Below, piece by piece: positions 38,245 through 46,842 of a stretch of 64,000 bases of DNA (positions are counted from its first letter, which is position 1; each line of letters opens with the position of its first letter). The notes under the pieces are model-generated. The model saw only the letters and a list, made by a program, of their open reading frames with translations, ran no database searches and was not told where the DNA came from. The stretch comes from Candidatus Iainarchaeum sp. (GTDB lineage Archaea; Iainarchaeota; Iainarchaeia; Iainarchaeales; JAFCCW01): contig JAFCCW010000001.1 in assembly GCA_017609985.1 (NCBI GenBank), positions 64,001 to 128,000 on the forward strand, written 5' to 3'. Both the position numbers and the translations under genes were made by a program.

Positions 38245-38544
38245 ATGCCAGCAAAGAAAAAGAAAACAACAAGAAAAAAAACAGCGACAAAGAAAAAAAC
38301 AACAAAAAAGAAAACCACACGAAAAAAAGCAACAGCAAGAAAAACAGTTAAAAGAAAAACCACACGAAAAAAACCAGCAGCAAGAAAAAAAAAGGTTAAG
38401 AGAAAAACAATAAAAAAAAGAAGACCTGCAAAAAAGAAAACCACACGAAAAAAAACAACAAAGAAAAAAAGCATTAGAAGCAGGGTAAAAAAAGCGGTTC
38501 ACAAAGTTAAAAAGAGAGTAATAAAAAGGAAGAAGAAAAAATAA
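38245..38544 (+). CDS. Lys/Arg/Thr-rich histone-H1-like protein
   Basis: Strong SD AAAGGAGGT; MPAKKKKTTRKK repeats; T-rich terminator follows. Confidence 0.7.
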   Translation: MPAKKKKTTRKKTATKKKTTKKKTTRKKATARKTVKRKTTRKKPAARKKKVKRKTIKKRRPAKKKTTRKKTTKKKSIRSRVKKAVHKVKKRVIKRKKKK

Positions 38545-38617
38545 CTTCTTCCAACCATCTCTTTTCTGATTTTTATTTTTTTAAAAAAAATAGGCCCAGC
38601 AATGGACAAATAAAAAA

Positions 38618-38691
38618 TGGGGCGGGCGGGATTTGAACCCGCGACACTACGGTCTTCAGCCGTATGCTCTCCCAGGCTGAGCTACCGCCCC
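38618..38691 (-). tRNA. tRNA-Phe(GAA)
   Basis: Reverse complement GGGGCGG.../TACGG-CT GAA GA-CCGTA/CCGCCCCA. Confidence 0.96.
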
Positions 38692-38743
38692 AGAAAAAGA
38701 ATACTGTTAAAGCATTCTTTAAAAGATATCCTTGTTTATGCAG

Positions 38744-38817
38744 CGAGCCCGGAGGGATTCGAACCCTCGACGCCCTGGTTAAGAGCCAGGTGCTCTGCCA
38801 GACTGAGCTACGGGCCC
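38744..38817 (-). tRNA. tRNA-Lys(CTT)
   Basis: Reverse-complement anticodon arm CCTGG-CT CTT AA-CCAGG. Confidence 0.96.
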
Positions 38818-38849
38818 AACAGATTTACAAACTGTTGGCAATAACTAAA

Positions 38850-38923
38850 CGAGCCCAGAGGGATTCGAACCCTCGACACCCTGGTTAAAAGCCAGGTGCT
38901 CTGCCAGACTGAGCTATGGGCCC
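38850..38923 (-). tRNA. tRNA-Lys(TTT)
   Basis: Reverse-complement anticodon arm CCTGG-CT TTT AA-CCAGG. Confidence 0.96.
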
Positions 38924-38986
38924 ATAAAACACAAACAAATCGTTTAATACTTTGCACTCAGATAAATTAATAAAAGTTGAGCAAAC

Positions 38987-40276
38987 CTATTTTTTCTTCC
39001 CAACAATCTCTTTTTGCCCACCCATATAGGCCTGAAGTGGTTTTGGAATTAAAATATTACCCTCTTTTGTCTGAAAATTTTCAACAATCGCACGAAGTGC
39101 ACGACCAGTCGCCACTTGAGTACTATTCAAAGTGTGAACAAAACTCGTCTCATGTGTTTTTGGATCTCTGACCTTGATATTAGAACGAACTGCCTGATAA
39201 GAGGTACAGTTACTGCAAGACACTGCTTCCCTATATTTTTTCTCACGAGGCATCCAAATTTCCAAATCATATTTTTTAGCAGCAACTGTGCCCATGTCAC
39301 CAGTGCAAACATTCACAACCTGATAAGGAATTTTAAGTGCCTGAAAAAATTGCTCAGCATTTTCAAGAAGCTCTTCATGAATTTTCCAGCTGTCCTCTGG
39401 TTTGCAAAACACAAACTGCTCAATTTTGTTAAACTGGTGAACTCTAAAAATGCCTTTAGTATCTACTCCGTGAGACCCAATTTCTTTTCTAAAACAAGCA
39501 CTAATTCCAGCAAACTTCAACGGCAATTCCTTTTCTTCAACAATTTCATCCAAAAATCTGCTGCCGATAGCGTGCTCGCTTGTAGCAATAAGATAAAGAT
39601 CTTCACCCTCAATTTTGTACATTACATTTTCAAAGTCATCAAGATCAGTCACGCCCTCATATGCCTTCCGATTAATCATAAATGGAGGTTCAACAAGGAT
39701 AAATCCTTTCTTCACAAGAGAATCAATCCCAAACATCTGAATTGCCATTTCAAGACGGGCAAAATCCCCCAACAGATAATAAAAACCAGCACCAGCAACT
39801 TTAGTGGCACGATCAAAATCAGCTAAGCCAGCATTCTGCAAAAATTCCCCGTGCGGCTGCAATTCAAAGTTATGATTTGGAAGCTTGCCCCATGTTTTAA
39901 TAACAACATTTTCAGAATCATCTTTGCCTTCCGGAACCGACTCGTGCAAAACATTAGGAAGACGCATCAAACAAGAATCAATCTCACTGCGTAAAGCATT
40001 GGTTTTTGATTCAAGTTCCTTAATCTTGTTCGGAAAATCAGAAGCAGAAGCAATTTGCTTGCTTGCATCCTTGCCCGCAGCCTTAAGCAATTTAATTTCA
40101 GAAGTAATCTTATTTCTCTGCTGCCTCAAAGAATCAGCTTCCTTTTTCAACGCACGCCAAGCAACATCCTTTTTGAGAAGGCTATTGAATAAATCCTTCT
40201 TCTCGGGCTGGGCTCTTTTATCAAGGTCAGCCAAATAAACCTCGGGGCGGGCTCTGATATCACAAATATCCAACAT
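38987..40276 (-). CDS. serS: Seryl-tRNA synthetase (standard type)
   Basis: ATSEH, CFRKE, RVHQF, SCSNC, TLNST. Confidence 0.96.
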   Translation of the reverse strand: MLDICDIRARPEVYLADLDKRAQPEKKDLFNSLLKKDVAWRALKKEADSLRQQRNKITSEIKLLKAAGKDASKQIASASDFPNKIKELESKTNALRSEIDSCLMRLPNVLHESVPEGKDDSENVVIKTWGKLPNHNFELQPHGEFLQNAGLADFDRATKVAGAGFYYLLGDFARLEMAIQMFGIDSLVKKGFILVEPPFMINRKAYEGVTDLDDFENVMYKIEGEDLYLIATSEHAIGSRFLDEIVEEKELPLKFAGISACFRKEIGSHGVDTKGIFRVHQFNKIEQFVFCKPEDSWKIHEELLENAEQFFQALKIPYQVVNVCTGDMGTVAAKKYDLEIWMPREKKYREAVSCSNCTSYQAVRSNIKVRDPKTHETSFVHTLNSTQVATGRALRAIVENFQTKEGNILIPKPLQAYMGGQKEIVGKKK

Positions 40277-40345
40277 AAAAACACCAAACCATATAAAAAA
40301 ACTGATAGAAAACAGTTAAAAGGGTTAATGAACGCAGTAGATTTT

Positions 40346-40873
40346 ATGACAAGAGAAGTTGTTGTGTTAAGATATGGCCACAGAATTGTGAGAGACGAAC
40401 GCGTCACAAGCCATGTCTGTCTTGTGGCAAGAGCCTTTGGAGCAAAAAAAATTATTGTAGCGGGAGACGAAGACAAAAGTACAAAAGAGAGTGTGCAAGA
40501 TATTGTGAAAAGATGGGGGGGAAATTTTAAAGTAGAATTCAGTGAAAGCTGGAAAAAGACAATGAAAAGCTATCAAAAGAAAGGATTCAAAGCAGTTCAC
40601 GCAACAATGTATGGGCTTGAATTAAACAAAGCAGAAACAAAATTAAAAAAAATAAACAAAATATTGTTAGTGATAGGCTCCCAAAAAGTTGAAAAAGAAG
40701 TATACCAGCTAGCAGACTATAATATTTCAGTAGGATTACAACCCCATTCAGAAATAGCAGCCCTAGCAGTAGTGCTGGACAGACTATTTGAAGGAAAAGA
40801 GTTGGAGAAAAAATTCAAAGGAAAAGTAAGAATAGAACCACAAGCCAAAGGAAAAAAAGTCATAAAAAATTAA
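40346..40873 (+). CDS. tRNA (cytidine56-2'-O)-methyltransferase aTrm56
   Basis: LRYGHRIVRDERVTSHV, HATMYG, QPHSEIAALA. Confidence 0.94.
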   Translation: MTREVVVLRYGHRIVRDERVTSHVCLVARAFGAKKIIVAGDEDKSTKESVQDIVKRWGGNFKVEFSESWKKTMKSYQKKGFKAVHATMYGLELNKAETKLKKINKILLVIGSQKVEKEVYQLADYNISVGLQPHSEIAALAVVLDRLFEGKELEKKFKGKVRIEPQAKGKKVIKN

Positions 40874-40918
40874 AAACAGCAGACGAGTTTAAATTAGTTT
40901 TTGAAGGAATAATAGTTT

Positions 40919-41455
40919 ATGGCTCGAAAGAAATGCATTACTAATTTTGAAATCGCACAAACAATGTTGAAAGACATGGCGGGAGACGTTGCAATAGACC
41001 TTGTAAAAATTTGTGAAAGAAAGCGAAAAGGAGTAACAGACGAAGAAATAGCAAAAAAGATGGATTTAAAAGTTACAGAAGTCAGAACAATCCTAAATAT
41101 GCTTCATTTCAGAGGAATAGCTTGTTACAACAAAGAAAAAAACAAAAAAACAGGGTGGTACAACTACACTTGGGAAATAAAACAGAAACGAATTACAGAA
41201 CTATTAATAGAAAAATACTTAGAAAAAATTGCAAAACTAGAAGAAAAGAAAGGACTGGAAGAAAACTATGTATTCTTCAATTGCAAAAACAAATGTGAAA
41301 ACCACCCATTCGAAATAGCCGCAGAATACCAGTTTAAATGCCCGGAATGTGGAGAATCAATGAACCCATTAGATAACAAAAAACGATTGAAAGAAGTGGA
41401 AAAAAGAATAAGTTTGCTTAAACAAGACCTTGAAGAGCTTAGAAATAATTATTAA
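40919..41455 (+). CDS. tfe: Transcription factor E alpha
   Basis: TDEEIA wHTH, GWYNYTW, FEIAAEYQFKCPECG. Confidence 0.93.
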   Translation: MARKKCITNFEIAQTMLKDMAGDVAIDLVKICERKRKGVTDEEIAKKMDLKVTEVRTILNMLHFRGIACYNKEKNKKTGWYNYTWEIKQKRITELLIEKYLEKIAKLEEKKGLEENYVFFNCKNKCENHPFEIAAEYQFKCPECGESMNPLDNKKRLKEVEKRISLLKQDLEELRNNY

Positions 41456-41652
41456 AAAACACAAATACTTGGACACATGTTCCAACACATCAAAAAAGAA
41501 AAACAACCCAACAAAAGAACCAAACTGACCCTTGTTTGGAAAACAAAGGCAAAAAAAAGGATTTTATTAAAAACAAGGATTCAAAATAAGCACAATAAAC
41601 AAATGCAAATCATTTAAAACTTTATTGCGTAGAAATATACTGTGTTTTAAGC

Positions 41653-41727
41653 AGCGGGGTGGGGCAGTCTGGAGTGCCCGTCGGGCTCATAACCCGAAGG
41701 TCGAAGGTTCAAATCCTTCCCCCGCTA
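41653..41727 (+). tRNA. Initiator tRNA-Met(CAT)
   Basis: A1-U72 pair; three G-C pairs in anticodon stem TCGGG-CT CAT AA-CCCGA. Confidence 0.95.
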
Positions 41728-42100
41728 CACTTATTTTCTAATAAATAAACAAATACTAAGCAATTACTAGAAAAAGAGAAAACTCTCTTTTGTCGGCACA
41801 AGACACTATTAACTAAATCAACACTCAAAAAAACAACACCAACAAAATCCAAAAAAGCAAAGTAATTACCAAAAAAATAAAACACTCACCAACCACTCAA
41901 AAAAACAAGTCTTGCTAACAAAAGCATCACAACAAGCGATAACTGGAAAAAAAACCACTCACTACACACAACTAATTTTGGGTTTGCATCACCCAAACAA
42001 AATAAGAGCAGAAAACCAAAAAAAACAAGCCTCACTTCAACCCCAAATTGCGCAAAAACTCTAAAAAATAAAGGTTTTTGGAGGAAAACAGTGATAAAAA

Positions 42101-42130
42101 CAAGTAATTACTATTAATTACACATAATTA
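42101..42130. repeat. Helically phased CnnnTAATTA x3
   Basis: CAAGTAATTA CTATTAATTA CACATAATTA. Confidence 0.6.
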
Positions 42131-42203
42131 TCCTTCTTACAAACAATTACTCTTCCTGACCGTAATAATTTTAAGTCATTACGTTCATTATAATAGTGAT
42201 AAA

Positions 42204-42644
42204 ATGGGTTTAATTGAATTTTTAAAGAAAATAAAGCTTGTTTTTGGGAATGAAACCAGAATCACCCCCCAAGAAACAATTTATCAAGAACAAACAAAAA
42301 CAAGCCCCGAACCAGAGGACATCCATTCCATCTGGGATTATCTTAAATTTCAGGAAAATACTCAAGCATTTCACTTAGTGAATATAGTGGGTTTTGATGA
42401 GTGGGTAGATATGGAAGAAATTAGAAGAAGAATACTTGAACTATTCAACATAGAATACAAAAATGAAAGAAGTCTGTATCCTTATCTAAAAACATTAACA
42501 GATATTGGTTTTTTTGAAACAAACAATGTTGGGGGCAGAAGAAAATGGAGAAAAAAAGACCTCATCTTCAGAACAAAAAATAAAATCACAGAATCCGAAG
42601 AAAATAAAAAAATAACAAAAAAACTAACCCAAAAAACAGAATAA
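42204..42644 (+). CDS. Hypothetical protein with probable winged helix
   Basis: MEEIRRRI...SLYPYLKTLTDIGFFET...RRKWR. Confidence 0.65.
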   Translation: MGLIEFLKKIKLVFGNETRITPQETIYQEQTKTSPEPEDIHSIWDYLKFQENTQAFHLVNIVGFDEWVDMEEIRRRILELFNIEYKNERSLYPYLKTLTDIGFFETNNVGGRRKWRKKDLIFRTKNKITESEENKKITKKLTQKTE

Positions 42645-42661
42645 AAACTTATTCTAGAGAC

Positions 42662-43261
42662 TTATTTTAAAGACTTATAATTCTCGTAAAACTGCTTTAA
42701 TTTTGGAGACTTTTGATATACTTGCTTAAACCATTGATTTGAAGTAATCGCCCCAGCATCAGCAAGAGTAGCAGAAAGATAACCAACATCATAGTTTGAA
42801 GACCCTTTATTATTAATCAAATTAAGTTCATTAAAAAGAGAATTCTTAGAATTATCTTGAGATAAAACAAAGGTTCTATCAATAAGATCTTCACAGGCCT
42901 TGGCTGCAGAAGAATCATCCACATCTTTTTCATTCATAAAATACTTGGCTTTCCAATCCCCCTTCATTTGCCAGTTGTGGGTGGGGTTGTTCCCAGTATT
43001 AAAAAAATTCAAGAGTGATTTAAAAGAACCAGGGGGAATAATAACACAATTTTTTCCTGGTTTTAAATAAGGAACCTCAGACAACAATCCTTTTCTATGG
43101 TATTTATAGCGCTTGCCTGAAGCCTTGTAAACACTTTGAGTATAACCATAAAGTGCTCTGAAAAGTTTTTGGTAAGTGTAAGAGCTATGATTCATAGAAT
43201 CAGGAACCATAAACCAGTATTGAATGAAAAAACCCTTGACCGGCAAACCCACACCCCGCAC
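42662..43261 (-). CDS. Hypothetical protein
   Basis: 199-aa ORF with aromatic/basic motif LFRALYGY...YKYHRKGLL; start may be TTG (MPVKG). Confidence 0.7.
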   Translation of the reverse strand: MRGVGLPVKGFFIQYWFMVPDSMNHSSYTYQKLFRALYGYTQSVYKASGKRYKYHRKGLLSEVPYLKPGKNCVIIPPGSFKSLLNFFNTGNNPTHNWQMKGDWKAKYFMNEKDVDDSSAAKACEDLIDRTFVLSQDNSKNSLFNELNLINNKGSSNYDVGYLSATLADAGAITSNQWFKQVYQKSPKLKQFYENYKSLK

Positions 43262-43456
43262 TTCTTGTAATTTTATTAATGAACTATAATGGAATTGTTT
43301 ATGTATATAGTTATAACATAACTAAATATAAATATTGCTTTGAATATCTTTTTTAACTACTAAATCAGATTTAATAAATATTAAAATAAACTAGTTTTTA
43401 GATCTATTTTTATTTAATTAACTTAAAAAAATAGAATTGGGCTAGAAGACAGATAA

Positions 43457-43744
43457 TTATCTTCGTCTTCTATGGTGCCCTGTTTCTTCAGCAGGTGGAG
43501 CTTCTGCTTCTGTACCACCAACAATAATGATATCTTTTGCTGATTTAACATTTTTGTAAGGGATACTTTTTTCAGTAATTATTTTTTTTGCTTCTGCTTT
43601 AGACCTGGCCTTAAGAGGCTCAGTAGTTATTGTTTCAATTCGCCCCTTTTCAAGGTTTATAACAAGGTCATAAACTTTTCCCTTATAGCCTGCAGTTGCG
43701 TTGTATATATCCATCCCAAAAAGTTTTGAAAGTCTAACACTCAC
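43457..43744 (-). CDS. PRC-barrel protein (CdpB-like)
   Basis: LSKLFGMDIY...GKVYDLVIN...IPYKNVKSAKDIIIV; SD GGAGGTG. Confidence 0.85.
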   Translation of the reverse strand: MSVRLSKLFGMDIYNATAGYKGKVYDLVINLEKGRIETITTEPLKARSKAEAKKIITEKSIPYKNVKSAKDIIIVGGTEAEAPPAEETGHHRRRR

Positions 43745-43830
43745 ACAACACACCTCCTTTGATTTTCTGTATAATAAAACCCATTGAACTATTTAAAGCT
43801 TTTGCTGGCGTTAAACCCCAGAAAAACAAA

Positions 43831-43896
43831 AAGTATACATAATCTTTTTGTTTTTTTACTGGTTGTGTTTAATTGCCCTTAATAAGTATACATAAT
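43831..43896. repeat. 13-bp direct repeat AAGTATACATAAT x2
   Basis: Copies at 43831-43843 and 43884-43896. Confidence 0.8.
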
Positions 43897-43987
43897 AAAA
43901 ACTGATTTTTTTGAATAAAATCTTTATTTCTTTGGGGGTTGCTGATTGTGGAATAAACAAGATTACTGGAAGCGCGGGGGGTTACTC

Positions 43988-44920
43988 TCACAAAGAATCT
44001 AACGGGCTTTTTATTTTCTTTAATTCTTCTGTTGAAACCGAGGTATAAATTTGGGTGGTGGAAAGATTTGAATGTCCTAAAAGTTCCTGAATTTTTCTGA
44101 TACTTTCCCCTGCTTCAAGGAGGTGGGTAGCATAAGAGTGCCTTAGTTTGTGTGGAGTAACTTGTTTCTGGATGCTTGCTTTCTTTGCTGCCTTGCGAAC
44201 AATTCTTTGAACTGTGTCTGTGCTAATATGGGAACCATTTTTTTTTGCAAAAACCCATTCACTTGTCTGTTTTCTTTTTTTAAGATATTTTTTCAACTCC
44301 TTTGTCCATTGATTTGAAAGAATAATAATCCTGTCTTTTCCTCCCTTTCCGCCTCGCACATACCCTGTTTTTTCCCTTAAATCAATGTCTGTTGTTTTTA
44401 ATTTGACTAGCTCGCTTACTCTGCAGCCAGTGGAATAAAGAAACTGAATCATTAATCTGTTTCTTCCAAATCTAGCAGCCTTTATCAGAGATTTTACTTC
44501 TTCCCTGGAAAGGACAGTAGGAAGCTTTTTTTCCTTTTTTGCACGGGGCACATCTTTCATTATCTCAACACCAATTATTTTTGAAAGATAGAATTTGAGT
44601 GCAGAATTAACTAGTGCAAGAGTGGCATTGCTTGCGCTGTTTTCTTTTTTGATGGCTAAAAATTCAACAACGTCTGCTCTGTCAGCCCTGTTAATTGTTT
44701 TGTTTTTTGCCAAAATAAATTCTGTGAATTCGTTTGAGTAGATTTTGTACATTTTTGTTGTTTTTGCAGAATATCCGCTGATGCTTAGTTCTTGGCTTAA
44801 CCTAGTTATTTGGGGGTGTTCTGTTTGTTTGGTGTTGGGGGCGGCGGGTTTTTTGGGTAACGGGTTGTTTTTGGTTTGTGTCGCATCAAGAGCATTATTT
44901 TGAATTGGATTATCCTGCAT
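43988..44920 (-). CDS. xerA: XerA/XerD-like tyrosine recombinase
   Basis: TGCRVSE, GKGGKDR, HKLRH, LGH, TQIY; full catalytic set, no IntI insertion. Confidence 0.9.
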   Translation of the reverse strand: MQDNPIQNNALDATQTKNNPLPKKPAAPNTKQTEHPQITRLSQELSISGYSAKTTKMYKIYSNEFTEFILAKNKTINRADRADVVEFLAIKKENSASNATLALVNSALKFYLSKIIGVEIMKDVPRAKKEKKLPTVLSREEVKSLIKAARFGRNRLMIQFLYSTGCRVSELVKLKTTDIDLREKTGYVRGGKGGKDRIIILSNQWTKELKKYLKKRKQTSEWVFAKKNGSHISTDTVQRIVRKAAKKASIQKQVTPHKLRHSYATHLLEAGESIRKIQELLGHSNLSTTQIYTSVSTEELKKIKSPLDSL

Positions 44921-45008
44921 GCTATTATTTGAGTTTTTTAGTTTTTAAGACTTGGCTTTTAAAAAATAGGTTTTTATATTTAATCGCTACATGATTTTAT
45001 TGGTTAAA

Positions 45009-45263
45009 ATGCCTCCAAAAAAAATAAGGCGATTGCCCCCTGAAGGCAAAGTGATTGAAAAGCCGGAAGACGCGGCATGGAAAAATTGGTTCAATGAATT
45101 AAGTGAAGAAGAGCACAAAAAAAACTTGAAACAACTGGGTTTAGGCGACGACGAGTTTGAAGAATGGGAGCAGATGCACGGCCATCTTGATGAGATAATT
45201 GATGGTGAAGAAGCTGCCGCAGAAGAATCTGTGCCCAAGTCTGGAAAAAAGAAAAAGAAATAA
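45009..45263 (+). CDS. Hypothetical protein (MPPKKIRR N-terminus, acidic core)
   Basis: 84-aa ORF with coding-like composition. Confidence 0.65.
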   Translation: MPPKKIRRLPPEGKVIEKPEDAAWKNWFNELSEEEHKKNLKQLGLGDDEFEEWEQMHGHLDEIIDGEEAAAEESVPKSGKKKKK

Positions 45264-45372
45264 CCCCTTTTCCTTAAAAGATAGGTTTAAAAGGAGTTGA
45301 ACACACTATTAATGTATACTATTTTTCTCAGCAGTGTTTGCTTGAGATATAGGACTATTCAAAAGGTGTTTT

Positions 45373-45543
45373 ATGATGACTACGTTTTTAGATTCTGGTG
45401 TGGATGAGGAAATGCGCATGAGCCTTCTCGAAGAGGAGTTTAAGATGCGCAAGAAACAGCCAGAGGCTTGGACAAAGACCAAGTATAGAAAATATGCAAA
45501 CTTTGGCATAAAAAAGAAAGACAAGAATGAAGAAGCAAAGTAA
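45373..45543 (+). CDS. Small hypothetical protein, 56 aa (not in ORF track)
   Basis: SD AGGTG; MMTTFLDSGVDEEMRMSLLEEEF...EAK*; T-rich terminator follows. Confidence 0.6.
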   Translation: MMTTFLDSGVDEEMRMSLLEEEFKMRKKQPEAWTKTKYRKYANFGIKKKDKNEEAK

Positions 45544-45645
45544 ACCAGTTTCTGTTTTTTAATTTTTTTCTTATTCTGCCAAGGCACTATAGCCAAGAGG
45601 CTAGCTTTTTCTATTTTTTATTAAATTAAAAAAGAGAAAGAAGAA

Positions 45646-45933
45646 TCAGAGTTTAGTCATTTTTCCAAATTTGCCAGTGCTTACCTGCAAATTACCTTGG
45701 TATTCATTAACCCAACCCTGTTCAATCTTTACTTTATCTCCTTCAACGACTTCGTCAATCTGTTCATTCCAAAGAGTCAAGGAAACCTCATCCCCATCCT
45801 CGTCCTTTGCAGCAGCACTGCATACTTTGCCTGTGCCTTGTGCTGAAGCAAAAGATCTTGCTTCTGCTTTAGAGACAATTTCCAATTCTATTTCGTCGAC
45901 CGGAGTCTTTGCTTTCAATTCTTTTACTTTCAT
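45646..45933 (-). CDS. Single-OB-fold ssDNA-binding protein
   Basis: VSLTLWNEQ...GWVNEYQGNLQVSTGKFG. Confidence 0.88.
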   Translation of the reverse strand: MKVKELKAKTPVDEIELEIVSKAEARSFASAQGTGKVCSAAAKDEDGDEVSLTLWNEQIDEVVEGDKVKIEQGWVNEYQGNLQVSTGKFGKMTKL

Positions 45934-46013
45934 TAAATATCACCTTTATGGAGATTGCAACAAAAAACATAAAAGCTTGTTCCCAAAAAAATGTAAGCTT
46001 TTTAAAGGATTCC

Positions 46014-46035
46014 AACACCCATAATACTGGGTGTT
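46014..46035. promoter_or_regulatory. Inverted repeat between divergent SSB and TRAM genes
   Basis: AACACCCA-TAATAC-TGGGTGTT just after a TTTTAAA box; extra half-site ATGGGTGTT at 46069. Confidence 0.5.
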
Positions 46036-46118
46036 TGGCCCTAGGAATGTGTGTGAATAATTGGTTTCATGGGTGTTTTGAAGAAAGTAAATAACTAATT
46101 AAACAGGAGGAGAATTGA

Positions 46119-46457
46119 ATGGATGAAGGGAGAAACAGGCGCGGATTCTCACCAGTGCCGGTGGAAGAAGGAAAAGAATATGATATGACGATTGAAGGAA
46201 TTGGAAGCAAAGGAGACGGAATCGGCAGGATCAAAGGATTTGTTGTAATAGTTCCAAATACGCAAGAAGGTCAGACAGTAAAAGTAAGAGTAAATGCAGT
46301 TCGGGGCAAGGTTGCTTTTGCAGATGTTGTTGGAGAAGCTGAAGCAAAGCCAGCAGAAGAAGAGGGCGGAGCAGAAGAAGTTTCAGAAGATGAAGAAGAC
46401 GCTGACGCAGAAGACGAAAAAGCACCCGAAGAAGAAACAAAAAAGGAAGAAAAATAA
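46119..46457 (+). CDS. Single TRAM-domain RNA chaperone with acidic tail
   Basis: PVEEGKEY...GSKGDGIGRIKGFVVIVP; SD AGGAGG. Confidence 0.9.
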   Translation: MDEGRNRRGFSPVPVEEGKEYDMTIEGIGSKGDGIGRIKGFVVIVPNTQEGQTVKVRVNAVRGKVAFADVVGEAEAKPAEEEGGAEEVSEDEEDADAEDEKAPEEETKKEEK

Positions 46458-46572
46458 TTAAAATTTTCTTTCAATTTAATCAGGCTTTTTGCCTGATATT
46501 CTTTTAATTTCATATACTCAAATATCTATGTTGTGGTAATTCAGAGTAATCTGGGAAAGGAGTGCGAATAAA

Positions 46573-46734
46573 GTGGGGTTGGGAGTAAGTCCTGTGCGAG
46601 TTGATGATTTTTCCAGGGCGCACGCAAAGTGCATGAATTGTGGAAAACAAATCGAAGGCGGGGTTGAAAAATATTCTAGGAGATTCTGTTCAGAGGATTG
46701 CAGGGCAGAGTATATAGGGCAAGAAAAGAAATAA
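46573..46734 (+). CDS. Small Zn-binding (TRASH-like) protein, 53 aa (not in ORF track)
   Basis: KCMNCGKQI...RRFCSEDC; SD AAGGAG then GTG. Confidence 0.7.
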   Translation: MGLGVSPVRVDDFSRAHAKCMNCGKQIEGGVEKYSRRFCSEDCRAEYIGQEKK

Positions 46735-46842
46735 ATCTTGGAATCCTGGAACAAATACTTCTTATACATAACAAGGGTTTGTTTTTTTACAAACGCGGTT
46801 CCGCACACTTCAAATTTAATTGTTTTGAGGTTGGTTCTGCTA

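Noticed and set aside
38617-38888. ORFs antisense to tRNA-Phe/Lys (likewise 6218-6415 over tRNA-Gly)
   Set aside because: They are translations of tRNA complements
43962-43982. ORB-like TTACTGGAAGCGCGGGGGG
   Set aside because: Single weak match with an incomplete dyad and no cdc6/orc1 in the window
41653-44920. Integrated element between tRNA-iMet and the tyrosine recombinase
   Set aside because: No direct repeat of the tRNA 3' end was found beyond the recombinase; the enclosed PRC-barrel gene looks like core; the enzyme is XerA-like
43988-44920. Integron integrase
   Set aside because: Lacks the IntI-specific insertion before the HxLRH box; no attC-like array
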